Positions 8,533 to 17,559 of a stretch of DNA of 58,120 bases are shown piece after piece. A program made the translations under genes and the position numbers. This DNA comes from a virus (taxonomy: Duplodnaviria; Caudoviricetes): positions 1 through 58,120 of IMG/VR virus record IMGVR_UViG_3300036978_000157; one strand, 5' to 3'. A model generated the notes under the pieces. The model saw only the letters and a list, made by a program, of their open reading frames with translations. It was not told where the DNA came from and made no database searches. Every line of letters starts with the position of its first letter. Position 1 is the first letter of the stretch.

Positions 8533-9504
8533 GCCCTTCAAAAAATGATACCTGTAAAACAACCTCAACGCCTATTCACGCGAATGAAGAAGGCAGTGTT
8601 GAGAGAAGATATGATGGCACTAACGCAAGAGGTAACTCAAGCGATGGTTCTTGGACAGATGCTGTATTGGACAAAAACCTTGGACAAAGTAAACGATTGG
8701 TTGTTTGAGGAGAATAAGCGGTTGGCAGAAGTTGAGCTTCCACAACACGAATACAACTATGGTTGGATTTACAAATCAGCACGGGAAATGCGTGAAGATT
8801 TGATGAATGCTTTTAGTGAAGACGCAATTCAACGAGCATTCTCAGCACTCGTAACCAAAGGTGTTTTGATGAAAAGACACAACCCGATTGTTCGCTATGA
8901 CAGGAAACTTCAGTATCGAATCGACATCGTTTTTTTGCGCCGATTACTCAAAGATCGTGGTTATGAAATGACAGATTTCCAACTTGCAACCATTCCGCAA
9001 GAAGCGGCGTTCATTCCGCAGGGTGCGGTATCGATGGCGCAATGTGCGGAAACAATAACAGAGACTATAACAAAGATTACAAACAAAGAAAACCTCCTAA
9101 CCTCCTTGAAGGAGGAAGAGGAAAGTTCGGCAATGGCCTCACATTCCTCAGTTGAATTGAATCAACCAAATCTATTCCCGACTAACCCAAGTGAAGCTAA
9201 CGCTTCGGGTTCGGCTAACGCCAAACTGAACTCTGCCGATGGCAATGGAACTACCCCCCCAATTCCGCTCGCCCCCCCACGAACCAGAAAATCGCGGGAA
9301 CCAAAACCAGTTGACGAGAAATTTATCGCTGAACTCCAGCGGCTGAATCCTGACAAGGACGTGGAACGCGAAGTCAAGGCTGCACAGACTTGGTTGCTAT
9401 CACGTCCAGATCGAAAATATACGAGGGGCTTTCTCGCCGCTTGGGTCATCCGCTCAAAAAATATAATCAACCCAGACAAATTCCATAACAACAATTCATT
9501 CTAA
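8530..9504 (+). CDS. Phage replication initiator (lambda O-like; start may be ATG 8545)
   Basis: wHTH-like N-terminus (WIYKSAREM...SEDAIQRAFSALVTKGVL), internal iterons, directly upstream of DnaB. Confidence 0.75.
   Translation: MALQKMIPVKQPQRLFTRMKKAVLREDMMALTQEVTQAMVLGQMLYWTKTLDKVNDWLFEENKRLAEVELPQHEYNYGWIYKSAREMREDLMNAFSEDAIQRAFSALVTKGVLMKRHNPIVRYDRKLQYRIDIVFLRRLLKDRGYEMTDFQLATIPQEAAFIPQGAVSMAQCAETITETITKITNKENLLTSLKEEEESSAMASHSSVELNQPNLFPTNPSEANASGSANAKLNSADGNGTTPPIPLAPPRTRKSREPKPVDEKFIAELQRLNPDKDVEREVKAAQTWLLSRPDRKYTRGFLAAWVIRSKNIINPDKFHNNNSF
8992..9093. other. Putative replication origin (three iterons plus A-rich tract)
   Basis: CCGCA-N4-GCGG-like units at 8995, 9016, 9037 (21-bp period) followed by A-rich 9050-9093. 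Confidence 0.6.
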
Positions 9505-10736
9505 TGAAAAAAGTCCCAATAGCACGAAAGAGTGAAGCGGCAGCATTGTCGCTGATAGCAATCGACAGAAACATCCTTTCCCAACAAACATGGGATAGTG
9601 GTTATTTCGCCATAAACGCCAACAGAATCGTTTTTGAAGCTCTCCAAGGGGTTCACCAGCGGACAGGCGTTTGCTGCCCGTTTTCTGCCATCGCAGAGTT
9701 GGAAGCTACAGGAAAGTTAGATGCCGCTGGCGGTGAGGATGGAGTTCACCAGATTCTATCCACGATGAATGTAGCTTCGGGTAAGGTTTGCCAAGACATG
9801 GCCGACGATTATCGGAAGCACCTGCACCGCACAAAATCATACCGCGATGTCATTACACTTTTCGAGAAGGAAGAACCAAACCTACGGACAGGTAAGACAA
9901 ATCTGAAGGAATTATCGGAAACGATAATGAACTCTGCCGAGGATCGAACGACAAAAGTAAAGCCAGTCAAAGACCTCATCATCGAAATCATTGATGAGAT
10001 GGAAGGTAAAGCTGTAAAGGAATTCTTTCCTACTGGACTACTCAAAGTAGATCGTGCGTTAAAGGGTGGAATGCACAAAGGAGAGATGATGACAGTAGCA
10101 TCAGAGACGGGTGGTGGTAAATCTATCTACCTCGTCCAAGCGGCACTCGCCAACCTGCAAGAAGGGAAGTCAGTTCTCTTCTTCAGCCTCGAAATGAAAG
10201 CGAAGGACATTCTAACTCGCATGGCTTGTAACTTGGCAGGCTACCCCGTGCGTGAACCAGAAGATTACAAGAACGCCAATCAACACGAACTCACCAAAAT
10301 CAGTGCCGCATTGTTGGAATTACACCAGTTACCCCTCGAAATCGTGGATGGAGTAGCCGAAATTGACGAGATTGAGGCCCAAATCAACCGATACGTTGGA
10401 GAAAAACGGGCAGATGTAATCGTCGTAGATTACCTTCAAATCATCTCATCTGACGGGGAAGAAGGCAGAGAAAGTCAGATTTCGGAGATCGCAAGGAGAT
10501 TAAAACTCGCAGCACTGAAGAATAACTCGATTATGCTCACCGCTTCCCAACTAAACGACGAGGGAAGACTACGCGAATCACGGGCAATCGGAATGCACTC
10601 TGATCAAGTAGTGTATATCGAACATATCAAGGAGAAGAGTAGGCTGACAATCAAGAAGAACCGCCGAGGACAAAGAAACTACATGACAGAAATCATTATG
10701 CGTGGTGACATCTCAAAACTTGAGGAGGTATACTAA
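9504..10736 (+). CDS. dnaB: Replicative DnaB-family helicase
   Basis: ASETGGGKS, FSLEM, VVDYLQ, SQLN, LRES, KNRRG motifs. Confidence 0.92.
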   Translation: MKKVPIARKSEAAALSLIAIDRNILSQQTWDSGYFAINANRIVFEALQGVHQRTGVCCPFSAIAELEATGKLDAAGGEDGVHQILSTMNVASGKVCQDMADDYRKHLHRTKSYRDVITLFEKEEPNLRTGKTNLKELSETIMNSAEDRTTKVKPVKDLIIEIIDEMEGKAVKEFFPTGLLKVDRALKGGMHKGEMMTVASETGGGKSIYLVQAALANLQEGKSVLFFSLEMKAKDILTRMACNLAGYPVREPEDYKNANQHELTKISAALLELHQLPLEIVDGVAEIDEIEAQINRYVGEKRADVIVVDYLQIISSDGEEGRESQISEIARRLKLAALKNNSIMLTASQLNDEGRLRESRAIGMHSDQVVYIEHIKEKSRLTIKKNRRGQRNYMTEIIMRGDISKLEEVY

Positions 10737-10930
10737 TGACAATCGACCAAGCATACGGAAAAGCGTTGAAGTATTTGGAGGCGGCAAACGCAATCTGGGA
10801 AGCTCAAGACAAGGAAAGGTATTGCATTGCAGAGAACTATCACAACGAAGGACTCAAGATAATGAACCAATACTTTTCTGAAACAAAAGTATTGACACAG
10901 ATACAAGATATTGATAGTATGCTCCCATGA
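10736..10930 (+). CDS. Hypothetical protein
   Basis: 64 aa, coupled to both neighbours. Confidence 0.6.
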   Translation: MTIDQAYGKALKYLEAANAIWEAQDKERYCIAENYHNEGLKIMNQYFSETKVLTQIQDIDSMLP

Positions 10931-11211
10931 GTGACACACCAGAGACGGATGCGGCGTGGTCTTGCTTTAAGGGCTACATGGAACCTCTGCAAGATGTTAA
11001 AGATTTAAGCCGCAAACTTGAACGCGAGCGCGACGAGGCGCGGGAGAAAGCCGAACGATATCGGTTAGAGGCGAACGCAATTATGATGCAACGCGATGAG
11101 GTGCAGAAAAAATTGGAATATTATAAGGAAAGATATGAGCAACTCAAGGAAATCCCTAAATGGTATAATGGCAGGGAAATTCCAGCAGAAATTAAGGAGG
11201 AAACAAAATGA
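10927..11211 (+). CDS. Coiled-coil ERERDEAR-repeat protein
   Basis: MSDTPETDA...LERERDEARE. Confidence 0.7.
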   Translation: MSDTPETDAAWSCFKGYMEPLQDVKDLSRKLERERDEAREKAERYRLEANAIMMQRDEVQKKLEYYKERYEQLKEIPKWYNGREIPAEIKEETK

Positions 11212-11630
11212 GCGAACGACAAACACCAAGAACAGATTCAGCAATTATGGAAATCCCATCTAAATTTGACTCAATTTGCGTTGTTCCTGCGGAACTTGCG
11301 ATTGATTTAGAGCGTGAACTTGGCGATGCCTTGCGTGAACGCGACGAGGCTCGGGAAAGGGAACGGGTAGCATGGAATGCATTTGACGAAGAACGCCAAC
11401 GAGCATCAAGGGAGGGTGAGCGTGTTTTGGAGGCAATACGCCAGCGCGACGAGACGCGGGATACATTGCGCCTATACAGGCAACAGATCGTGATGGAGTC
11501 AAGTTGGTCTCTTGGAAATTCAGCTGAACAAGAACGCAAGTTAATGGCAGAACTCAATGATTCTATGAAGGAAATCGTCGGTTGGGAGAACAAATTGAAG
11601 GCAGCGCAAAAAAAGGAGGCTGCTAAATGA
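11208..11630 (+). CDS. Coiled-coil ERERDEAR-repeat protein
   Basis: TPRTD...LERE...RERDEARE; AAGGAGG SD. Confidence 0.7.
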   Translation: MSERQTPRTDSAIMEIPSKFDSICVVPAELAIDLERELGDALRERDEARERERVAWNAFDEERQRASREGERVLEAIRQRDETRDTLRLYRQQIVMESSWSLGNSAEQERKLMAELNDSMKEIVGWENKLKAAQKKEAAK

Positions 11631-12043
11631 GCAAGAGAAAACGCGGAATTATATGCGCTTACTGCGGTATTGCTTGGGGATACGACGATGAATCACCAAC
11701 ACCTGAATTAATTAAAGAAGCGTGCGACCATGAATCAATTTGCGAAAAAAATCCTTACACTGCACAAATACGCAACTTAAAGCGCGAGCGCGACGAGGGG
11801 CGGGAGGATGCAGCTCATTGGAAAATCGAATACGAAATTGTCGTAGCTCGTTTATGCGGAAAGAGGCATCAACGCGACAATGGCATAGTTTCGGACGATG
11901 AGGTTATCCCAAAACTAATTAGAGCATTGAAGTGGATTGCCGAGCGATACGATGATTCCAAGCCCATGCACCAAGTTGCGATGGACGCCTATCAAATGTC
12001 GTGCACCGCTCGCGCAGCTTTAAAAAAGGAGGAAACAAAATGA
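11627..12043 (+). CDS. Hypothetical protein with CxxC/HxxxC zinc motif and ERDE repeat
   Basis: CAYC...HESIC; AAGGAGG SD. Confidence 0.7.
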   Translation: MSKRKRGIICAYCGIAWGYDDESPTPELIKEACDHESICEKNPYTAQIRNLKRERDEGREDAAHWKIEYEIVVARLCGKRHQRDNGIVSDDEVIPKLIRALKWIAERYDDSKPMHQVAMDAYQMSCTARAALKKEETK

Positions 12044-12348
12044 GCGAAGAACAAATTAACATCGCAATCGAAGAAATTATTCGTCCAGCACTTCATGGAA
12101 ATATATATCGTCCACCACGCGACTTCTGCAACGACCTCAACGCTATGCACGAGGAAATCATGTCGCTGGAGGGTCTAATTCGCGACCATTCATATCGGAG
12201 AGCTTTAGCCAAATCTGTCGGAGTGATTGGGTTTGAGGATTGGGAGCATTCGCTGGTCTGCCTAGATAAGCTAACTAACGCCACCGCCCGCCAACGAGCA
12301 GAAGCATTTTTGCGGACGCTTGGCAAGTGGAAGGAGGAAACGAAATGA
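12040..12348 (+). CDS. Hypothetical protein, possibly phage ABA-sandwich-like
   Basis: PRDFCNDLNAMHE...ATARQRAEAFL; ATG 12040 after AAGGAGG. Confidence 0.6.
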   Translation: MSEEQINIAIEEIIRPALHGNIYRPPRDFCNDLNAMHEEIMSLEGLIRDHSYRRALAKSVGVIGFEDWEHSLVCLDKLTNATARQRAEAFLRTLGKWKEETK

Positions 12349-12731
12349 GCAGACCAACACCAGAGACGGATGCGGTGTTTATTTGGGAACCTTTTTTAGA
12401 GGTAGATGTTAATAAAGCCCAAAAATTGTGCGAGAAATTAGAACGCGAGCGCGACGAGGCGCGGGAGAAAGCCGAACGATATCGGTTAGAGGCGAACGCA
12501 ATGATGATTCAACGCGATGAGTGGGCAGCGATGTGTGGCAGATACAAGCAAGAGCGCGACGAGGCGCAGGAGGCATTCAAGATAGCTTACAACGAGCGAG
12601 TCCAAATGGAACTTGAGCGTGACGAATGGAAAAACAAAGCATACTCCCATGCTACAGACTACACTCTAATGGAAGCGAAGTGCTTTAGATTAGAACAACA
12701 ACTCAAAGAATATGATCAACTCAAGAGCTAA
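12345..12731 (+). CDS. Coiled-coil ERERDEAR-repeat protein (paralog of 10927-11211)
   Basis: Shares an 81-bp near-identical segment with 10927-11211. Confidence 0.7.
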   Translation: MSRPTPETDAVFIWEPFLEVDVNKAQKLCEKLERERDEAREKAERYRLEANAMMIQRDEWAAMCGRYKQERDEAQEAFKIAYNERVQMELERDEWKNKAYSHATDYTLMEAKCFRLEQQLKEYDQLKS

Positions 12732-13041
12732 AGGAGCAAGAGGTGAGAGGCAGTGGAGAGATCAGCTTCGCGCCGAAGGCTACACTGCTAAACGAGGACA
12801 GCAATTCGCAGGAGGACAAGACTCACCAGATGTAGTCTGTGAAGAACTGAAGGGTAAACTCCACTTTGAAGTTAAGTGCGTTCAGAATTTGAATTTAGAT
12901 AAGGCTTGCGAACAGGCCGAGCGAGATGCTAAAGGCATTGCTTGGGCCGTGGCTCACAAAAAAAATAATAAGAACTGGAAGGTAACAATCCCTGCCGACA
13001 CGTTCTTTAAATTACTCAGGGATGGAATGGACGGATTATGA
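12712..13041 (+). CDS. Holliday junction resolvase (Hjc-like PD-(D/E)XK)
   Basis: NSRAKGARGER...SPD...EVK. Confidence 0.8.
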   Translation: MINSRAKGARGERQWRDQLRAEGYTAKRGQQFAGGQDSPDVVCEELKGKLHFEVKCVQNLNLDKACEQAERDAKGIAWAVAHKKNNKNWKVTIPADTFFKLLRDGMDGL

Positions 13042-13179
13042 AACATGAATTCATAATAACAATTGACGACAAATATTGTGTATACAAGTATGTTGTAAAT
13101 CTTACAAACGATGTTGCAATTTACGATATTATTAAAACAATTTGCGATAAATATAAAATAGAAACACCAGAAGCAATTT

Positions 13180-13368
13180 ATGAAAAAACCAACAACAAAA
13201 GCAGGTAAAGCCGCGAAGGTGGCAAAAACAATGCGTGAATACAAAGCTGGCAAACTGAAGGCTGGCATCAACCCTAAAGGCCCGAAGAAAGCACCAATGG
13301 CTAAGAGCCGCGCTCAAGCAGTTGCAATCGCACTATCACGCGCAGGAATGACTAAGAAAAGCAAGTAA
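13180..13368 (+). CDS. Small basic protein
   Basis: K/A-rich, KSRAQAVAIALS. Confidence 0.7.
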   Translation: MKKPTTKAGKAAKVAKTMREYKAGKLKAGINPKGPKKAPMAKSRAQAVAIALSRAGMTKKSK

Positions 13369-13369
13369 T

Positions 13370-13516
13370 ATGAAAACAGGACTTTACGCCAATATTAACG
13401 CCAAACGCAAACGCATCGCAGCAGGTAGCGGTGAGAAGATGAGGAAGGTTGGTAGCAAAGGCGCACCGACTGCAAAGGCATTTAAACAATCAGCAAAAAC
13501 TGCAAAGAAAAAATGA
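13370..13516 (+). CDS. Small basic protein (not in the ORF track)
   Basis: MKTGLYANINAKRKRIAAGSGEKMRKVGSKGAPTAKAFKQSAKTAKKK. Confidence 0.7.
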   Translation: MKTGLYANINAKRKRIAAGSGEKMRKVGSKGAPTAKAFKQSAKTAKKK

Positions 13517-13635
13517 AAAAAGAAAACGGAAAGAAATGTTGCGGAATGAAAAAAGGTTGCAACAAGAAGATGCACGAAAAGATGGAATCAAAAGCCATGA
13601 AGAAAATGGAACGCAAGCGTGGCGGCAAATCTTAG
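13513..13635 (+). CDS. Small K/M-rich basic protein (not in the ORF track)
   Basis: ATGA-coupled; MKKENGKKCCGMKKG... Confidence 0.5.
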   Translation: MKKENGKKCCGMKKGCNKKMHEKMESKAMKKMERKRGGKS

Positions 13636-13676
13636 TTATAACAAGTTTAGTGTAGTTTACGATAAACTTACTATAT

Positions 13677-14342
13677 ATGGAAAAGCGAGCGGGTGTATAT
13701 GAAATTGAAATTGCTGGCTATAAATACTATGGCAGCAGCATCAATATTTACGCCCGTAAGCAAAACCATATAACAAAACTACGATCTGGAAAACATCGCA
13801 ATCAACGACTGCAAAGATGTTTTGATAAATATGGAGAAGATGCTATGGCATTCAAGATACTTGTCCTTTGTGACGAAGAATCTGTTCTTGATGAAGAGCA
13901 AAAATATTTGGACGAGAATATCGGTAACGATAATTGTCTGAATTTTTGCAGAAGCGCATCTGCTCCAATGGCTGGAATTAAATTTTCAGATAATCATAAA
14001 AAGAAAATGTCAGAATCGCAGGTAAGAAATAAATACATTTTTTATTATGACTGTGGAAAAATAGAATCATTTGATAGTTTAAAACTTGCTGGTGATAAAT
14101 TCGGAGTCAGAAGCTCAATTGTTTCTCGATGGTTTAAAAGAAAAGACCTTGGAAGAAATCACGGAATACTGCAATCCAGCAATATTATAAAAGCTGAAAA
14201 AATCGGAGATGAACATATTGTTTTATTACCATATAAATACAAACAAAAACCTTGGCAAATAGCTGGAGCATCCAGTCATAGTCAATACTACAGAGAAAAA
14301 AGAAATGAAATCAAAACCCGCAACTGGCAAAGCGTCAGTTAA
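13677..14342 (+). CDS. Free-standing GIY-YIG homing endonuclease
   Basis: GVYEI...YYGSS...R...H...EQKYLD...N, NUMOD3-like FSDNHKKKMSES; AT-rich relative to neighbours. Confidence 0.85.
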   Translation: MEKRAGVYEIEIAGYKYYGSSINIYARKQNHITKLRSGKHRNQRLQRCFDKYGEDAMAFKILVLCDEESVLDEEQKYLDENIGNDNCLNFCRSASAPMAGIKFSDNHKKKMSESQVRNKYIFYYDCGKIESFDSLKLAGDKFGVRSSIVSRWFKRKDLGRNHGILQSSNIIKAEKIGDEHIVLLPYKYKQKPWQIAGASSHSQYYREKRNEIKTRNWQSVS

Positions 14343-14547
14343 AATAGTAAAAAACCCAAAAACTGGAAGAACCCGCAAGGTTTCTTACGGCCAAAAAGGA
14401 GCAAATGTTGATCCGGGATCAAAGCGTGGTGATTCCTACTGCGCCCGTTCAGCTAAGATCAAAGGTGATTGGAAATCCGATCCTAACTCCCCAAACAACC
14501 TCTCGCGTAAGAAGTGGCGTTGCCGAGGCAGCAAGTCGATGAAATGA
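14305..14547 (+). CDS. Small basic protein
   Basis: RKVSYGQKG...RGDSYCARS...SPNNLSRKKWRC. Confidence 0.7.
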   Translation: MKSKPATGKASVKIVKNPKTGRTRKVSYGQKGANVDPGSKRGDSYCARSAKIKGDWKSDPNSPNNLSRKKWRCRGSKSMK

Positions 14548-14714
14548 AGATCAACGGCAAAAACACGGAAGCTAATGTTGATGCAGACGATGGCAGAGTT
14601 GGATGGAAGTATCCACTCAACTCCAAACAAATTGTAAGAGCCTGCGAAGACTTCTTCAAGAAGCGTGGAATGAAGCAATACGACTGCTGCGGCAGACCCA
14701 AGAAAACAGAATGA
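14544..14714 (+). CDS. Hypothetical protein
   Basis: ATGA-coupled on both sides. Confidence 0.55.
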   Translation: MKINGKNTEANVDADDGRVGWKYPLNSKQIVRACEDFFKKRGMKQYDCCGRPKKTE

Positions 14715-14965
14715 CTTGTCCAAAATGTGAATCACCTACTGAAGTCATCAATAGTAGAAAGAGAGATGGCACAGTAGTAAGGAGGAGGCTTTGTGCCTGT
14801 GGGGAAAGGTTTTCTACCAAAGAAGTAATTACTGCTTCAAGGAAAGTTACCTTCAATAAAGTAGTTAAGGCACTATCCATGACTAAAGCAGTCACTGGAG
14901 AGTGGACAGTAAAAGTAGATGAGAATACCCCAGAGTGGGCAAAGAAAATGCTAATTAACCTATGA
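14711..14965 (+). CDS. NrdR-like zinc-ribbon protein
   Basis: MTCPKC...TEVINSR...RRRLCACGERFSTKE. Confidence 0.75.
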   Translation: MTCPKCESPTEVINSRKRDGTVVRRRLCACGERFSTKEVITASRKVTFNKVVKALSMTKAVTGEWTVKVDENTPEWAKKMLINL

Positions 14966-16095
14966 GTATCGTTAACGATAAATTCACCTTCCATGTCCTT
15001 GGATTACCACACACAGTTTCTTCCAAAGAATTTAATGCCTGCGCTTATACCCAAAAAGTGGTGAAGTTCGGAAAGATGATGACCGAGCGTGGACACACAG
15101 TAATCCACTACGGCCATGAAGACTCTGATCTAATCTGCACAGAACACGTTCCAGTCCTAACTAACCATGACTTCAAGAAGAGTTACGGATCACATGACTG
15201 GCGTAAGACCTTCTTTAAATTCGATACTAACGACCATGCCTATCAAACCTTCTACAAGAATGCTATCAAGGAAATTGAGAAGAGAAAGAACAAGCATGAC
15301 TTTATTCTACCATTCTGGGGTAGTGGAGTTCGTCCTATTTGTGACGCGCATCCAGACCTAATCACAGTAGAACCCGGAATAGGATATGCGGGTGGACATT
15401 GGGCAAGGTGGAAAGTATGGGAATCCTACGCAATCTACCATGCCTACTGCGGACTGAAGAATGTAGGAAACTGCAACCAAGACTGGTATGATGTAATTAT
15501 CCCAAATTATTTCGATGTAGAAGACTTCGATTACAAAACAGACAAAGAAGATTACTTTCTCTACCTTGGGCGAGTATATAGCGGAAAAGGTGTAGATGTA
15601 GCTATCCAAGCCACTGAAAAAGCAGGCGTAAAATTGGTCATAGCAGGGCAAAAAGAGGAAGGTTACAAATTACCAAGTCACGTTGAGTATGTCGGATACG
15701 CTGATGTCCCGACCAGAAAGAAGCTCATGTCTAACGCTAAAGCCAGCTTCCTTCCATCTATGTATGTAGAACCATTCGGTGGCGTTCAGATAGAAAACCT
15801 ACTCTCTGGCACTCCAACTATAACTACAGACTGGGGCAGTTTCGCCGAGAACAACCTACACGGGGTTACAGGCTACCGATGCAGGACGATGGGAGACTTC
15901 GTAGATGCAGTCAAAAATATAGATCAAATCATGCCTTGGGACTGCAAACGATTCGGAATGAACTTCAGCCTAAAGAAGGTAGCACCAATGTATGAGAAAT
16001 ACTTCTCAGATGTCATGGATGTCTACACAGGAGATGGATGGTATTCCGAGGGAAATGGCATTAACGCAATGAAAAGAAGCTACCCTACACTATAA
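14962..16095 (+). CDS. Glycosyltransferase (GT-B fold, GT4-like)
   Basis: YLGRV..GKG and EPFGGVQIE (Ex7E) motifs. Confidence 0.85.
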   Translation: MSIVNDKFTFHVLGLPHTVSSKEFNACAYTQKVVKFGKMMTERGHTVIHYGHEDSDLICTEHVPVLTNHDFKKSYGSHDWRKTFFKFDTNDHAYQTFYKNAIKEIEKRKNKHDFILPFWGSGVRPICDAHPDLITVEPGIGYAGGHWARWKVWESYAIYHAYCGLKNVGNCNQDWYDVIIPNYFDVEDFDYKTDKEDYFLYLGRVYSGKGVDVAIQATEKAGVKLVIAGQKEEGYKLPSHVEYVGYADVPTRKKLMSNAKASFLPSMYVEPFGGVQIENLLSGTPTITTDWGSFAENNLHGVTGYRCRTMGDFVDAVKNIDQIMPWDCKRFGMNFSLKKVAPMYEKYFSDVMDVYTGDGWYSEGNGINAMKRSYPTL

Positions 16096-16102
16096 TAATC
16101 AC

Positions 16103-16420
16103 ATGAAAACACCAACAATACTAATAGCTGCATCGTTGTGCGCTTGCTCGCCAATGACTAAGGAAACATACACAGAAACCCGTCATTTCCATTATCCTAA
16201 AGGCGCGACACCGCATCTAAAGGAGATGTATATGCACAAGCCACCGACTGAACCAGTCATTCAACAACCAGTAATACCCCAAGAAGTAAATACTCATCCA
16301 GAAGACTATTCTTACATCGCGGAACTACCACAAGAACATAGGACGCTGGCGCAAGTTAGGGAAGAAAACGATCTTCTATCAGCACTGCGGGCAAACAAAA
16401 TCCTACGTCAAATGCAATGA
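16103..16420 (+). CDS. Putative lipoprotein
   Basis: MKTPTILIAASLCAC signal peptide / lipobox. Confidence 0.55.
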   Translation: MKTPTILIAASLCACSPMTKETYTETRHFHYPKGATPHLKEMYMHKPPTEPVIQQPVIPQEVNTHPEDYSYIAELPQEHRTLAQVREENDLLSALRANKILRQMQ

Positions 16421-16806
16421 ACTGGGACGAATACGGCATGAGTATAGCGGAGGTAGTTGCTAAGAAGAGCAAAGACCCGTGGAGGCAGGTAGGGGTAGTA
16501 ATACTCAGAGAAGACAACTCCATAGCCTCAGTAGGGTATAACGGATTCCCTCAAGGTGTAGAAGAAGACTGGTCATCAAGAGAAGAGAGGTCAAAGTTCG
16601 TAATTCACGCAGAACAGAATGCACTCAGATATACCAGTCCGGGCGAGGGAAAGATACTAATCTCAACTACCCTACCATGTAGGGACTGCCTAAAGGCCAT
16701 AGCCGCCTATAAGATAAAGAGAGTCCTCTATAAAGATGTTTACCACACTGATCCAATAGCCTTAGAAATAGCAGAAAAAATGGGAGTCACACTAACACAA
16801 ATATGA
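16417..16806 (+). CDS. dCMP deaminase
   Basis: SKDP..QVG, GYNG, HAE and PCRDC zinc motifs. Confidence 0.9.
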   Translation: MNWDEYGMSIAEVVAKKSKDPWRQVGVVILREDNSIASVGYNGFPQGVEEDWSSREERSKFVIHAEQNALRYTSPGEGKILISTTLPCRDCLKAIAAYKIKRVLYKDVYHTDPIALEIAEKMGVTLTQI

Positions 16807-17009
16807 ACGACGAGATCATAGCACTAACCATAGCATGGAGCATAGTAGTAGCCTGCTTCATAGTAGAGATACTAACTAAAGAATAATTTGAGAGCAATAA
16901 CGTGGTATTGTGGCGGGGGATAAACCTTGGCGGGTCTACCTCTGGTAAACAAGTAACCATTCCTGTAACCACATAAAACTGGAACTCTCATTATCGTTAA
17001 CGATAACCA

Positions 17010-17558
17010 ATGAACTACACAAAAATCGGCGCAATGCCAACTCACCGCTATATCTGGGTAGATAGTAAATACACCCACGAAAAACCCGTAGGGCCAGTAG
17101 AAGCTATGTGGGTAGGACTAACCTCCATACCAAGCAGAACATGGGGAATTAACGTCATCCTAAGAGAAGGTGGCGCACTCTACAGAAACATCCCACCAAA
17201 CGCAGTAAGATTCAAAGAAGAAGCACTGGAAAACTGGCGCATAGAAGAGAGCCAACTATGGAACTGCTACTCATATAACTTCAGCATACTACAGAACCCA
17301 ATACTAACAGGACTATCAGTAACAGCCAAAGTCGGCCCAAACATACTAAAGGGAACCTACCTATTCTCGACTACCCACCTATTCGACGGATGGTCAGATA
17401 GCCCAGAACAAGACAAAGAATTCATCTTCATAGAACTCACCAACGGAAGGCTAACAATCCAACCAACCAATAGAGTAGCATTCCAAGATCAATCATACAT
17501 CCTACCAACCTGTATGCCTAAACTAAGACTACAGGATACCATCTACTCATGTGAGTAG
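17010..17558 (+). CDS. Hypothetical protein
   Basis: 182 aa; start 3 bp after the perfect palindrome 16991-17006. Confidence 0.75.
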   Translation: MNYTKIGAMPTHRYIWVDSKYTHEKPVGPVEAMWVGLTSIPSRTWGINVILREGGALYRNIPPNAVRFKEEALENWRIEESQLWNCYSYNFSILQNPILTGLSVTAKVGPNILKGTYLFSTTHLFDGWSDSPEQDKEFIFIELTNGRLTIQPTNRVAFQDQSYILPTCMPKLRLQDTIYSCE

Positions 17559-17559
17559 T

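Noticed and set aside
13677-14342. Group I intron around the GIY-YIG gene
   Set aside because: Flanking ORFs are intact and there is no room for a ribozyme core; treated as free-standing.
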